DNA of 63,800 nucleotides, the filler included, from Craspedostauros australis (taxonomy: Eukaryota): NCBI GenBank assembly GCA_030167865.1. It is 5 parts of 5 records of this genome, joined end to end, with 100 filler letters (N's around TTAATTAATTAA, not from the genome) between each part and the next. Parts side by side here need not be neighbours in the genome. Positions count along the whole stretch, not along the records: positions 1 to 29,476 come from JALAGF010004969.1; 4 more parts are not named here. The stretch is one strand, 5' to 3'. The notes under the pieces were generated by a model, which saw nothing but the letters and a program-made list of their open reading frames with translations, was not told where the DNA came from and ran no database searches. Below, piece after piece: positions 10,983-22,423 of the stretch. Position 1 is the stretch's first letter, and the number at the start of each line of letters is the position of its first letter. The translations under genes and the position numbers were made by a program.

Positions 10983-13457
10983 TCATATAATGGTGGAATT
11001 GGAAGGGGCCTGTGCATGCGCACTTGGTGGTGGAGTGTTGAGCTCTTCGAGTTTGCGCTTAACTCCCGCTGGTGGAGGCGTCATCGCCATCGTTGGTGGC
11101 GGCGCCGTCATGACCTTCGAAGGAGACCTTATCCCGGCAGTGGGTGGCCTCTTGACTGGTGAGAAAACTGGTGAGTCGGTCGGGGGCAGCTCGTTGTACA
11201 TCATGATGTTGGGATTTTGCTTCGTCATGGCGACGATGGTCGATGGCTGCGGGCCCATCGTACTCAAGGATGATTGGTACGTCTGCATGGGAAGCCTTGG
11301 CTTCTTGGGCTTTTTGGCCGGCTTGCTTTCCACTGGTATCTGTTCTTCTGGTTTCGGTTCTGCTGGCTTGCTTTCGGCCGGCTTAGCTTCCACTGGATTG
11401 CCTCCCGCTTCGGGTCGCGGTTGGATGGGTCGGTCCTTCGCGTCGTTGGGGATCGGCCTTCCTTTCACCTCGCAGTACTGCCAGTGGTACATGCAGGGCT
11501 TCGCTAGACGCGTTTTGTGTCCCCTCTGGCCACAATGGCGGCAGATGCTGTTCTTGTAGGCCTTCGAACGATCGCGTGGCGGAGGTATGGGCGTTCCGGC
11601 CTTGGGCGGACCGTTGTCCTTCTGGATCCACTTGAGCTCCTTCGTCTCGCGCAGTGCCTGCGACGTCTTCTTGCGAGCGCGTTCTATCGTCACGGCGTAG
11701 TACCAACCCCTCGGCTCGAACATGTCGACGAATCGCCCGCCGTTCGCTTGCACCTGCTGCACGATGGACTTGACGAACTGCGTCTTGAGCTTGCGCTGGC
11801 GGACGGGGATGTCGCGGTAGGCCGGTTTGCTGTCATTCACGAGGTTGCGATACCGACGGTTGCCCACGAAGTTGTTGGATTCACCGCCACGACCGCACAG
11901 GACGTCCCAATCCCGCAGAGATTCATGGACGGGGAGCCAGTACCAGAAGTCCGGCGGTTCTTCGCCGTTGTCCCTTGGTCGAGTTTTATCTGGAAAGGTC
12001 CCGGCGACCACAATTGGTGCGATCGGCGGCCCGGTGACTGCACCGCCAAGCATCATGGATGGCGCCAGTGCAGTACTACTCACTGTGGCATGCTGCCCCT
12101 GCATGTACACGCCTGTAGCGGGAACGGCAACGGCGGGCACAGCAGCGGAAGCTGCAGTGGCCATTTGGGGATGCTGTCCCTGCAGAACGCTGGTGCCCAT
12201 GACCACGGAGGGAAGTTGCGCAACTCCCACCGGTCCGAGAGCAGCATCTGTAGGCATGACGTACGCCGCCTGCGCCTGCGCGGTGACATTGTTGTCTGCG
12301 ACAGTCGTGCCCACAACAGGCACATGCACTGGCACCACTGCTCCGACCGCTGGCTGTTCGTGTGCTTGCAGTTGAGGTTGCATCTGAGCTTGCGTGAGTG
12401 TGGTCGCTGGTGCTGCAGTATTCGCGTTCACGGTCGCTGCCATGGCGCCCGCTATTGCCGCTGTGGTATCGGCAGCAACGGCTTCTCCATTGGCCACGGA
12501 AGATGCAGCGCTTCCGGTACCTTTGTGCACCGAAGCCCCGAGACTCAGCAGAGCCATCGCACTTTCGTTGTCCGCGGCCTTTTTCTTCTTGGCGGGGCGA
12601 GGTCCCGCCACCATATTGGCACCATTTGGATGCGGAGCAGAAACAGCAGTGGCGACAGCAACTGGCACAACATTCGGGGGAGCGACGGGATTGACAACTT
12701 GCTGCGCTTGTGGTTGTGGTTGCGGTTGCGGTTGCATGTGTATGGCAGGAGCCGCAGCTACGACAGGAGCGGGAGGTGCAGTGGCAACGATTGTGCTGGT
12801 CTTATTCGCTGTCGTCTCGACGTTGGCAATGACATCGGAGATGATGCCCTGGGTCTCCACGGAAGGTGCTGCTGTGGCTGGCTGTGCCGCGTAAGTGACT
12901 GCAGCAGGCGGTGTCATTCCGACCACTGTTGGCACTACAACAGGCGCGGGTGCTTGCTGCGGCATTGCGAGGGCAACGACGGCCTGTGCCTGTGCTGTCA
13001 TTACGACCGGAGCAGGTACAGGAACTGACGCTGGCACTGGCGTAGGCACTCTCCCAGTAACCGTGATAGTTTCCGAAGGTGCAGGCGCAGCCATGGCCGG
13101 CACAACTGCAGGTGCAGGTGCTAGTGTTGGCGGTGCCATTGTGGCAGGTGCAGCCTCCGCAACAGTGGGTAGTGGAATCTGTTCCACGGATTGTGGCTGT
13201 GGCTGCACCGGTTGTGGTTGCTCCTGTGGCTGCTCCTGTGTTGGCTGTGGCGGCGTTGGCTGGGACTGCGGTGGTTGCGGTTGCGACGGTTGCAACAGTT
13301 GTGCCGGCTCCTGCATTATTGGCTCCTGCATTTGCGGAGGTTGAGGCTGCGGCTGTGTTGGCTCTTCCTCTATTGGCTGCTGCATTTGCGATGGTTGAGG
13401 CTGCGATTGCGGCGGTGGTTGGTGTTGGATTTCTCCAACTTCGTTGGTGTCAGCCAT
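10983..13457 (-). CDS. DUF6824-domain protein with Q/P/A/V-rich N-terminus and CCHC-like knuckle (putative nuclear regulator)
   Basis: DUF6824 signature DVLCGRGG...GNRRYR...IV..V...GGRF...ARKKTSQALRE; CRHCGQRGHKTRLAKPC; basic NLS-like RPAKKKK. First ATG in the frame is at 13457 (MADTNEV). Confidence 0.8.
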   Translation of the reverse strand: MADTNEVGEIQHQPPPQSQPQPSQMQQPIEEEPTQPQPQPPQMQEPIMQEPAQLLQPSQPQPPQSQPTPPQPTQEQPQEQPQPVQPQPQSVEQIPLPTVAEAAPATMAPPTLAPAPAVVPAMAAPAPSETITVTGRVPTPVPASVPVPAPVVMTAQAQAVVALAMPQQAPAPVVVPTVVGMTPPAAVTYAAQPATAAPSVETQGIISDVIANVETTANKTSTIVATAPPAPVVAAAPAIHMQPQPQPQPQAQQVVNPVAPPNVVPVAVATAVSAPHPNGANMVAGPRPAKKKKAADNESAMALLSLGASVHKGTGSAASSVANGEAVAADTTAAIAGAMAATVNANTAAPATTLTQAQMQPQLQAHEQPAVGAVVPVHVPVVGTTVADNNVTAQAQAAYVMPTDAALGPVGVAQLPSVVMGTSVLQGQHPQMATAASAAVPAVAVPATGVYMQGQHATVSSTALAPSMMLGGAVTGPPIAPIVVAGTFPDKTRPRDNGEEPPDFWYWLPVHESLRDWDVLCGRGGESNNFVGNRRYRNLVNDSKPAYRDIPVRQRKLKTQFVKSIVQQVQANGGRFVDMFEPRGWYYAVTIERARKKTSQALRETKELKWIQKDNGPPKAGTPIPPPRDRSKAYKNSICRHCGQRGHKTRLAKPCMYHWQYCEVKGRPIPNDAKDRPIQPRPEAGGNPVEAKPAESKPAEPKPEEQIPVESKPAKKPKKPRLPMQTYQSSLSTMGPQPSTIVAMTKQNPNIMMYNELPPTDSPVFSPVKRPPTAGIRSPSKVMTAPPPTMAMTPPPAGVKRKLEELNTPPPSAHAQAPSNSTII

Positions 13458-14584
13458 GATATCTGAAGTCGGTGAAAGCCATCGCAATGTTGAACCGAGA
13501 ATAGGGGGCCAAGTATCGCAGCCAAGCGTGACGGCCATTGCAACATGATGTCAGACGGAGTGATCCAATGTGATCCAATGTGATATGATGTGTGAGTGAT
13601 TCCGCCTGACATCGCAATGCTCTGATGGAACAATCGAGATGAATGGCAACGCAGAGCCGTCATTTCAGCCACAAGGACGCATTATATCGTGCATAATCGC
13701 AAGTAGAATACCAATCAACCAACCTCAACGAGATCATTCCGCCAGACACGCACGATGAACATCGGAAAAGTTGAAGATAGCCGATGGCAAAATGACACAC
13801 CATCCACTCGTACCCGTATTTGCGCTCGTGCTTGCCGGATCCACATCAAAGTCCTGTTGCTCTTCGCAATCCCAATCGCTGCATCCACACACCACGTCCT
13901 CGACAACCTGAAGCACATCAAATGTCTGTCTCCCGTTGCATGCTGTTGGCAACTCACCTCGCTGCTTCCCACAGATGCTTCTTGGGTGTTTGGAACGCTC
14001 CACCTCACTCCACTCTACACCTATTATTCCCTGCAGAGACGAACCAAAGAGATGACGGTGATGCACGGATGGACGGATGCATGTATGAACACAGACAAGC
14101 CAGCGACGATGTCTGCGTTGATTGTGTTTTGTGTTGTCGCTTTTTTTGGTCGTTGTTCCGTGTGTTGTGCCTTGTGGTTGTGTGTTGCATCGGGCATTCG
14201 TGGATAAAGGCAGTAGGATTTCTACGTGATGTTTCTACGTTGGCGATACGCCTTCGACGGCCATCCATGTCTTGAATCGAATTTATCCCTGATTCAACGT
14301 ACTATTCAACGGTTGGGTGCACAGACGCAACATTTCGATTGATGTCCACCGAAAACTCTCCGGGGTTCTTTTTCGATCTCGACCATGGCGCGCATCCATC
14401 AAAACGAGCGGCGGCACCATGGCGCATCGAAGCTGGAGGTCAAGAGCCTACTACTATTGATGTGGAGAAGAATGCCGCAGTGCGAGAGTGTGAGATACCG
14501 AATACCTACATTGCCATCAATACTTGATCAATAATCGATCAACACCTACGCCAACCTTGCCATCACTCCGTTGGTATCTTCAGC

Positions 14585-15526
14585 ATGGCAAAGTCAAAAG
14601 CAGCATCGCCGCGATCATCACGCAATGATGCTAGTGTGAGTACCTCCGACCAGGAGAACATGATCGTTGTGCTGCCTGGCGATGATGTGACGCATCACAT
14701 TGACCAGATCTGCGAAAGCCTTTCCATAAAGATGCGGAAATCGTCGTCCCAAACCGCCGCCCACGAACTGAGACCATCCGTGCAGCCCAAGATCGGACAA
14801 GGACTGCGATACGCCGCATCCAACAACCATCACAAAGTCTTTGCCACGTGCGCGGGACGCTTCACGTACCGCCGATTAGTCGACAACAACGTCGCCTTCT
14901 TCGTACAGCACAACCTGCGGCGATACCGACCTTACCTCGAGGACCGCGTCGTGGGCATCGTCGAAGAACGCGCCGGCAGCGACGGCACGGGCGGCGATCT
15001 CTACCGCGTCCACATCGGCGGCCCGCATCCCGCCGTCCTGTCCAATCTCAGCTTCGAAGGCGCCACGAAACGCAACAAGCCGCAGCTGCAGTGCGGCACC
15101 TTGGTCTATGCGCGCGTCATGGCGCTGCCACACAATTTGGATCCCGTGCTGTCGTGCGAATTGGGGCCGCGCGATGCGGGGCTGCCGCGCAAGGATTGGA
15201 TGACGAACGAAGGCGCGTACGGGGTGCTGGAGGGCGGGACGTGCTGCAATGTGTCGCTGGGGTTGGCGCGGGAGCTGCTGCGACCTGACAACGTGGTGCT
15301 GGACGCCTTGACGCAGCGCAAGTCGTTGGCCTTCGAATTGGCGGTCGGTGTCAACGGCATGCTGTGGATTCGTTCGGAACGTGCGGAGCACACGATTTTG
15401 ATTCAGAATGCGATTGCCAATTCGGAGGTTCTCACAGACCCGCAAGTACGAGCGATGGTCAAGTCACTTATGGACACCATCCAAGCGAAGATACAGCACG
15501 CTGATGATCACATGCATGATGGCTGA
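14585..15526 (+). CDS. RRP40: RNA exosome complex component RRP40
   Basis: VLPGD; RRYRPYLEDRVVGIV; LSFEGATKRNKPQLQCGTLVYARV; ELAVGVNGMLWI (S1 + KH domains). Confidence 0.93.
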   Translation: MAKSKAASPRSSRNDASVSTSDQENMIVVLPGDDVTHHIDQICESLSIKMRKSSSQTAAHELRPSVQPKIGQGLRYAASNNHHKVFATCAGRFTYRRLVDNNVAFFVQHNLRRYRPYLEDRVVGIVEERAGSDGTGGDLYRVHIGGPHPAVLSNLSFEGATKRNKPQLQCGTLVYARVMALPHNLDPVLSCELGPRDAGLPRKDWMTNEGAYGVLEGGTCCNVSLGLARELLRPDNVVLDALTQRKSLAFELAVGVNGMLWIRSERAEHTILIQNAIANSEVLTDPQVRAMVKSLMDTIQAKIQHADDHMHDG

Positions 15527-17027
15527 AGTATTCGTATTGGTAATGTAACAGAACATCGTGTACATTGTGTACATTGTATACGCAGTACTTGCAGTCGATA
15601 GCTGATAGTTGAAAGCTGTAGGACTGCGCAGCAGAATGAAGTGGAGTAGAGTACTCAAGAGCAGACTAGAGTGTGTGCAGGTCAAGTCAAGGAAGAATTG
15701 GCATGATGTAGACGTCCTGACCAAGGACAGACGGAAGGAAAAAGCCCACACGCCTGACGGACAGACTGAACGTGTGTCGGTACTGACCAATTGATGCACG
15801 ATTCCACTCCCTCTCCTCCCAATCGTACTAGTTCACCTCCAGCTGTACGACTATGCGTGCACATATTCGGATGCGGAATGCTGCAACAAGATGCATATCA
15901 CCTTCTAGACATGTTCAGTGCAGGAACAGTATCACAATCCATATCACAGATGTATCACACAAGATGTCATCATGCATGTTACGTACGATTCCAACCAGAA
16001 CCCGGCAGACAAGAGAGAGAGAGATCAGCAGTGTGGCTGATCTACACAGAGAGACTATAGAAGCAGCAGTAGAAACCAACAGAAAGGAGCAGAGCAGACA
16101 GCAATACAAGACAGAAGCTCATAAGTTGATTAGACCATGGAAACTAAACCCACAATCAATGCCCCATCAGTCTTCATGTTATCAACCTGTACCACAAGCA
16201 AACGCACGACGTACAGACAATTGAACATGGACATTTCAGCAAGAAAGCGAACATCTTTCTTGTTTGCGTTCTTTCAGCATCACAACGGCCCAACACAACA
16301 TGGCTCAGGCAAAGTCCAGACACCGCTGCACCCTTTCCTCTGTTGGAATCGCTGTCACAATCACACAAATCTGACCTATCACAGTGCTCTCTAGAAATGT
16401 GAGTGGCAAATGGCGTGGCGTGGTGTCTCTGTGTGAGAGATGGAATGGATGCCATAGTGCTCTGCTCTACTGTTGTAGTAATCACTCCAGGATACACCAT
16501 TGGCGAGTCCGCCGATGCTTGAGCATTCCCACAAGTATGCGGCTGAGTTTCCACCAGCATTCATACCCATGTGCGATGGCATTCTGAAGATAAACCATGA
16601 TGCGTTCTTTACAATGTGGAGGAACACCGCATGTCACGCGTGTGCGTGTGTTGTGGAGATCCAGCTTCAATGTCAAGAGCAAGGGAACCCATCACATCAC
16701 ATGGCATGATATGATCCGTGTTGCATTCAACTTCGCTTCCCCGTTGCTCATGGAACTCTTCTTCCGCGCTATTCTGCTGTGCTCGTGCTCGTGCTCTCCG
16801 TTACCAACTCTCTGCGGCGGTGTTCTATGTGGGTGCCTTTGGCCCTTCACTCTGGCATGCCGCTCCTGTTGCTCGACGCGCCATCATACCGCATCCCATA
16901 ATCAACTCCATTTGCCTGCTCATGTTGCTCTTCGAACATAAATTCTGAACAGAGCATTCTTCACGAACGCATACAACAACCACGGCAGTAGCTCCTATTG
17001 GAACACATTCATCACATCATTCTCACC

Positions 17028-17911
17028 ATGCCAGGCCTGACCATCAACGACAAGGTAAGTCTGGTGTCTTTTGGTATCACATTGCACCGATGCGTTGCTC
17101 ATCTGAAGACGTTGTGCGCAAGAGGAGAGCCAACATGATGCTGCGTACATGAAAGTTCGAACATCTTGACAGCTTACGAAGACCCACCAATGACGATGTG
17201 CCTTCTGCTTCTTTGCATTGTAAAACACACACACACATACACACACAGTTCCCCAACCTCAAGGGTGCCGCCAGCACCACCGACGACTTCGATCTCTTCA
17301 AATACCTGGGCGACGCCTGGGGCATCATTTTCATGCACCCCGCCGACTTCACACCAGTCTGTACGACGGAACTGGGCACAGCCGCCAAACTCGCGCCCGA
17401 ATTCGAAAAACGCGGCGTCAAGCTGTGCGGATTCTCCTGCTCCAGCAAGAGCGATCATGATAAGTGGATCGCCGACATTGACTGCGCCACAGGTGGCAAG
17501 GTCCGGTTCCCCATCTTCTGCGATCCCAAACGCTCTGCGGCCGTGGAGCTGGGCATCCTCGATGTCACCAATGCCGATGCCAAGGGCCTCCCCTTGACAG
17601 TGCGGTCGGTGTACGTGCTGAAGCCCGATCGCACCATCGCCTTGATGATGACGTACCCGGCATCGACCGGACGCAACTTTGATGAGATCCTGCGTGTCGT
17701 GGATTCGTTGCAGTTGACGGCCACGAAGAAGCTTGCGACGCCGGCAGATTGGAAGCGCGGCGAGGATTGCATCGTGAACTTTCCGTTGACGGACGCCATG
17801 GCCGATGAGGCGTTTGGAAAGGATGGGTACCGCGTCGTGGAATTGCCGTCAGAAAAGGGGAAGGATTTGGAACGCCATTACTTGCGATACACGAAGGATC
17901 CATCAAAGTAA
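17028..17911 (+). CDS. PRDX6: 1-Cys peroxiredoxin (2 exons)
   Basis: Exon1 17028-17054 (MPGLTINDK), intron 17055-17248 (GTAAGT...CAG), exon2 17249-17911. HPADFTPVCTTE, YPASTGRNFDEILRVVDSLQL, ATPADW. Confidence 0.95.
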
Positions 17912-18230
17912 TCGAGCATGATGCTCTGCTTGAAGCCTCTGATCGGAGTGTTACTCTGGATTCACCATGATCAAATGTTTGCAAGTCAGGATGCGGTGGA
18001 CTTAGAAACTGCACAATACGAACGTGCGAGTGTATTCATCAGAGAGTGCTCGTATGTACAGCACAGACTCAAAAAGAATTGCATTACAGTTAGAGCCATA
18101 CTACGATTAGTATTACCTTACTGTTCCGTTATCTCTCATTAGTCTTCAGAATTAGCAACGCGAACGCACAGAGCCCTCCTGCTCAGTCCTTCATTCGCTC
18201 ACTCACTCACTCACTCACTAATCCATTCGC

Positions 18231-19202
18231 TCACTCATTCTTCTTGCGGAACGTCGCCGCCATCGCAAGTCCCAAGAAATTGAGAATGCCGATTCCGATC
18301 AGTATGAGGACGATGCTATCTTCGCCAGTCGGCACGCTGGACAATCGAATCATGGCTGGGATTCCGCATGCGCTGAAGAACAATCCCGCCATGTTGCCAA
18401 TGTGAAATTGTAGGCACGTGTGTTGCTCGGCTTTCAATGCCTCCTTGTCATCGTCCTCCGTCACGCTGCCGTCCTCCAACCGAGCCTTGATTTGCTGATA
18501 GCGCCGGATGCTTCTGTATCCAAAAAACTGCGCCATGAGCTGAAAGATCCCACCGGACGTGATGGCGATCGCAAAGGTGGGGTCGATGTAGATGAATCGC
18601 CCCAGCGCGAGGATGGCGCCAAACACAAATCCCACGATGCCCATGACCATGCCCATGCGTCCCATCCAGACATGCAAGTGGCGTTGCAAGGAAGGCGTGA
18701 TCATGCTGTTGTGGATGCAGGCAAGGTACAGACCGTAGGCACCGACGAGATGGATGTAGAACAAGGAATCCGCCTCGTGCTTGCGAATGTAGGGCGGTGC
18801 GTGGATGCCGAGGAACCAGACGGCCAGCGCGGTGCCGACCGTCCAGTAGGCGATGCGGGCGAGAGGGATCTTGGCGGATGGTCGTTGTTGTTGTTGATTT
18901 GGGACACCATCGTTGGTGGATGCTGTCATACCCAGCAGTGGCGAGGAACTGTTCGGCGGCATCGTGTTGTGTTGCTGCTTGCGAAAAATCGATCGGAAAG
19001 GTTGCAGGATGGAGCGCTTTGATCTTGTGGAAGTGGCCAATGATGATGCATTTGCGGGATATGGCATGGACAGCGCGTAGCAAGCACCGGGTGATGATCG
19101 ATGTGGTTGATGGATCGGGGAGTAGAAGGCTGGAACAGCAGCGATGGCGATGACAACGCAGAGCCAAATACGACGGAGAGGATTGCGTCCTTTGTGAAAC
19201 AT
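18231..19202 (-). CDS. Multi-pass membrane protein, DUF2306-like His pattern
   Basis: 323-aa ORF with signal-like N-terminus and about 6 hydrophobic helices; YIHL...HLHVWMGR...FHIGNM pattern. Family call is tentative. Confidence 0.65.
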   Translation of the reverse strand: MFHKGRNPLRRIWLCVVIAIAAVPAFYSPIHQPHRSSPGACYALSMPYPANASSLATSTRSKRSILQPFRSIFRKQQHNTMPPNSSSPLLGMTASTNDGVPNQQQQRPSAKIPLARIAYWTVGTALAVWFLGIHAPPYIRKHEADSLFYIHLVGAYGLYLACIHNSMITPSLQRHLHVWMGRMGMVMGIVGFVFGAILALGRFIYIDPTFAIAITSGGIFQLMAQFFGYRSIRRYQQIKARLEDGSVTEDDDKEALKAEQHTCLQFHIGNMAGLFFSACGIPAMIRLSSVPTGEDSIVLILIGIGILNFLGLAMAATFRKKNE

Positions 19203-20215
19203 GAGTTGTGGATGTTGATGGGTGCTGATGGATCGTGATCCGAGTTTATGACAGTGTCGTTGTACGAGTGGACTGCATCACACAGCCATTGCACAACCAC
19301 CACACAACCTGCGGCATTTGTTGGGCGCGATGATCATCAATTGCTGATCCCACAACGTCCTCTCTCAACCATTGCATGAGGGGCGGCTGCGGAGCGCGAA
19401 GAGCGATGTGCCATACGATCCATTATACGTACCAAGTAGGTATGTGATGTTGGCAGATCATCTTCCCCCTCATCGCTCTCGCGGACCACTCGTGGTTCCC
19501 TTCACATCACCAAACGGAACATTCCTGGATGCCCTGTCCGATCCGCCCCTTGCGTGCACTGTCCAATCCGCCCCTTGCGTGAACGAGAACTTCAATGAGA
19601 ACAACCGAGTCGCGGATCGATGTGGAGTCGAAGGGATCGACACAAAGACCCAGCAATGACTTTTGCCCAAAGATCCGGATACGTTTGATCGTGCGGACAT
19701 CTTGCGCGTCACGACAATCCATCACAACATGACACATGATGCACAAGAACAACAACGTTCCCTTCTCGGCACAGAGAAAGGAAGGGAGAGGCGAAGAAGA
19801 ACTGTCGTCGTTGTTGTTGCTGTTGTTGCCGTGCGCGACCTCTCTGTTCGCACCCAAGATGGACAGAGAGAAAGAGAAAGAGAGAGAGCCAACGAGAGGC
19901 ACACACACTCACACATTCACACTTTCACACACATCATCCACAATTTGTCACCACTGGCGACTAGACTTCTCGCCACCATCGCCAGCATCGACAATAGCAT
20001 CGACTCTATCGCAGACAGTTGCCCTACTCGCACCAATTCCATACTATTCCATACTATACCTTTGAAGCCATCCATCACATAGAATAGTATTGCGCAATAC
20101 GATCCAAGTGCCAGTAGGCCGTACTCGAGACAATACTCATACTCCAACACACACGCCAGCATACCCGTAGTAACACGTTATACATCTATATATCTATATA
20201 TATTATTCTAATACA

Positions 20216-22066
20216 ATGGCAGACACAGACGACGAATACATTGTGGAGGAGGTGCTGCTGGACCCCAAGCCAGCGCTGCTGCTGATCGACCTGAGCATCG
20301 AGCAGCTGGATGATGTGCAGGACGGACAGGTGAAGAAGAACATCATCCAGAACGCCAAGGAGCTGGCCGACTCCCAGTTCTTCCAGCTCGTCATCGACTG
20401 CCGCATGTGGGTGGAGCCTGGACAGGACACCTCGCTGGCCTGGGTCAACCGCGAGGTCGGCAGCTCCAAGTACGTGGCCAACACTCCTGGCGCCGCCCTC
20501 ACGCCCGAGCTGGCCTCCATCCCCTCCACCTTCTTCCCCAAGCAGAACTACAGCGCCTTCGCCAGCTCCAAGCTGCACGACTTCCTGCAGGAGCAGAACG
20601 TCACGCACATATGCATCTGCGGCCTGCACACCGACTCCAGCATCGCTGCGACGGCCACGGACTCCTTCTCCAACCACTTCGAGACCTACGTCGTCACGGA
20701 TGCCATCGCCACGTCCGCTGGCAAGGAGGCCCACGACGCTGCTCTCAACGGCCTCGTGCGCAACATCGGCCAGGACGTGCTGGTCGAGGCATCCGATCTG
20801 CTGGCCGACGACTACGTGGAGGAGATCATCATCGATGATGATGACGACGAGGAGTTTGAGGAGGAGATCATCGTGGATGACGACGAGTTCGTGGAGGAAG
20901 AAATCGTGGGCGAAGAAGGGCAGGCTCCCGTCTCCTCTCTGGTCAAGGCTGCCGGTGGAGCGGCGGTTCCTACCAGCACCGCTGCCGCACCACAAGCGGC
21001 CCAGACCAAAACCACCACCACTGTGCCCTACGGCGGAGAGGCGCCTGCGAACAAGACGGGCCCTCGTCCATCAAATTCCGTCAAAAGCAGAATCGCAGAA
21101 CGCAAGGCGCAATTCGAGCGGCAGGCGCAGGCGGATCAGGACAGGCTCAAGAAAATTCGCGAGCGTTCCAGACAGCAGGAGCTGGCACGCACGGCGCAGG
21201 CCGCCAAGCAGCGAGAGGACATGGGCCTCAAGCCCGTTGCGCAGTACGATTCGCGATACGGCAAGACCGAGCAGGATTTGCGGGAGGAGGAGCTCGCCAA
21301 GCAGAAGCAGCAGCATGCGGAGAGCCAGGCCCGTGCCGATGCCATCAAGAGCAACATGAATGCGGAGAAGGCCAATGCACCGACCACAGTCAGCGCCACC
21401 AAGCCTCTCACGCCGGCACCGGCGCCCGCTGCTGCACCAGCTCCTGCACCAGCCCCAACTCCAGCTCCTGCGCCCAAGGTAAAGAAGGAAAAGAAACGAT
21501 GGGGATTTTTTGGTCGCCGAAAGAACAAAAAGGACAAGGCCAAGCCGGAAGCAGCGCCCACGCCAGCACCTGCACCTTCACCCGTTCCAGCACCGATTCC
21601 AGCTCCAGCACCGGCTCCAGCACCAGTCGTCACAGCACCGGTTCCGGCACCCGCACCCGTACCAACACCGGCGCCAGCTTCGTTGCCACAGTCAGGATTC
21701 GTCGAACCACCCAGATCGGTCGTGCGGAAGGAGAAGCTACCAGCCTGGGCCAAGCCCAAAGAGCAGTTGGAAAACGAAGAGTCCAAATTCAGCATTACCA
21801 GCAAAGCGGCAGCGGGATACCGGCCTCACCAGCCCGGCAACCAGGTCGCATCGCAGATCGGATCGTTACAAAATCAGGGCGTCTTTTCGCAAGATCGTGC
21901 CAAGCGACGTGTCATCAAGCCAAAGACCATCACCGACACGAAGGATACATACGACAAGGAGGGCAATTTGACGCGCCTCATCATCAAGACGATCGAAGAG
22001 CCGGACGGTTCCAAGCGTCGTGTCAAGACGACCCAGTATATACCAGCGGCGAGGGTGCCCAAGTAG
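20216..22066 (+). CDS. Isochorismatase/cysteine-hydrolase-fold protein with acidic repeats, coiled coil and Pro-Ala repeats
   Basis: ALLLID, FPKQNYSAF, ICGLHTDSSI, VVTDA motifs. Strong C/G3 codon bias. Long low-complexity C-terminus. Confidence 0.82.
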   Translation: MADTDDEYIVEEVLLDPKPALLLIDLSIEQLDDVQDGQVKKNIIQNAKELADSQFFQLVIDCRMWVEPGQDTSLAWVNREVGSSKYVANTPGAALTPELASIPSTFFPKQNYSAFASSKLHDFLQEQNVTHICICGLHTDSSIAATATDSFSNHFETYVVTDAIATSAGKEAHDAALNGLVRNIGQDVLVEASDLLADDYVEEIIIDDDDDEEFEEEIIVDDDEFVEEEIVGEEGQAPVSSLVKAAGGAAVPTSTAAAPQAAQTKTTTTVPYGGEAPANKTGPRPSNSVKSRIAERKAQFERQAQADQDRLKKIRERSRQQELARTAQAAKQREDMGLKPVAQYDSRYGKTEQDLREEELAKQKQQHAESQARADAIKSNMNAEKANAPTTVSATKPLTPAPAPAAAPAPAPAPTPAPAPKVKKEKKRWGFFGRRKNKKDKAKPEAAPTPAPAPSPVPAPIPAPAPAPAPVVTAPVPAPAPVPTPAPASLPQSGFVEPPRSVVRKEKLPAWAKPKEQLENEESKFSITSKAAAGYRPHQPGNQVASQIGSLQNQGVFSQDRAKRRVIKPKTITDTKDTYDKEGNLTRLIIKTIEEPDGSKRRVKTTQYIPAARVPK

Positions 22067-22423
22067 GCAGGCGCGACACACGCTGCTGGAGGCGCAGGTC
22101 CATGATTGTTGCTGCTGTCGTTGGTGGAATTACCAGCGCGACGTAACGAACCTGGAGTCCACCAGCTACAATGGTGATGGAAATACGGAATTGTGTCTGT
22201 GTGCGTGTGGACAAGACCATCGCTTGTGCCTTCACATTCCGCTTCTCAACTTCTCCAGTAGCGTGTGCCGATGCAATGGCGCAATCTGCTCTTAAAACCG
22301 TAATGAATGACTACAGCAATTTTTAAAGAACAGCAGCATCTCCAGTTGTGACTGGCTGATTTATCCATTGGTCAATTAGCTGCTTGAGTACGATCTATTC
22401 TGGATCGTAGTTCACTCGTTCAT

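Noticed and set aside
15790..16940. Possible gene or TE remnant between RRP40 and the peroxiredoxin
   Set aside because: Only short ORFs with no recognisable motifs or codon bias; no termini or second copy seen.
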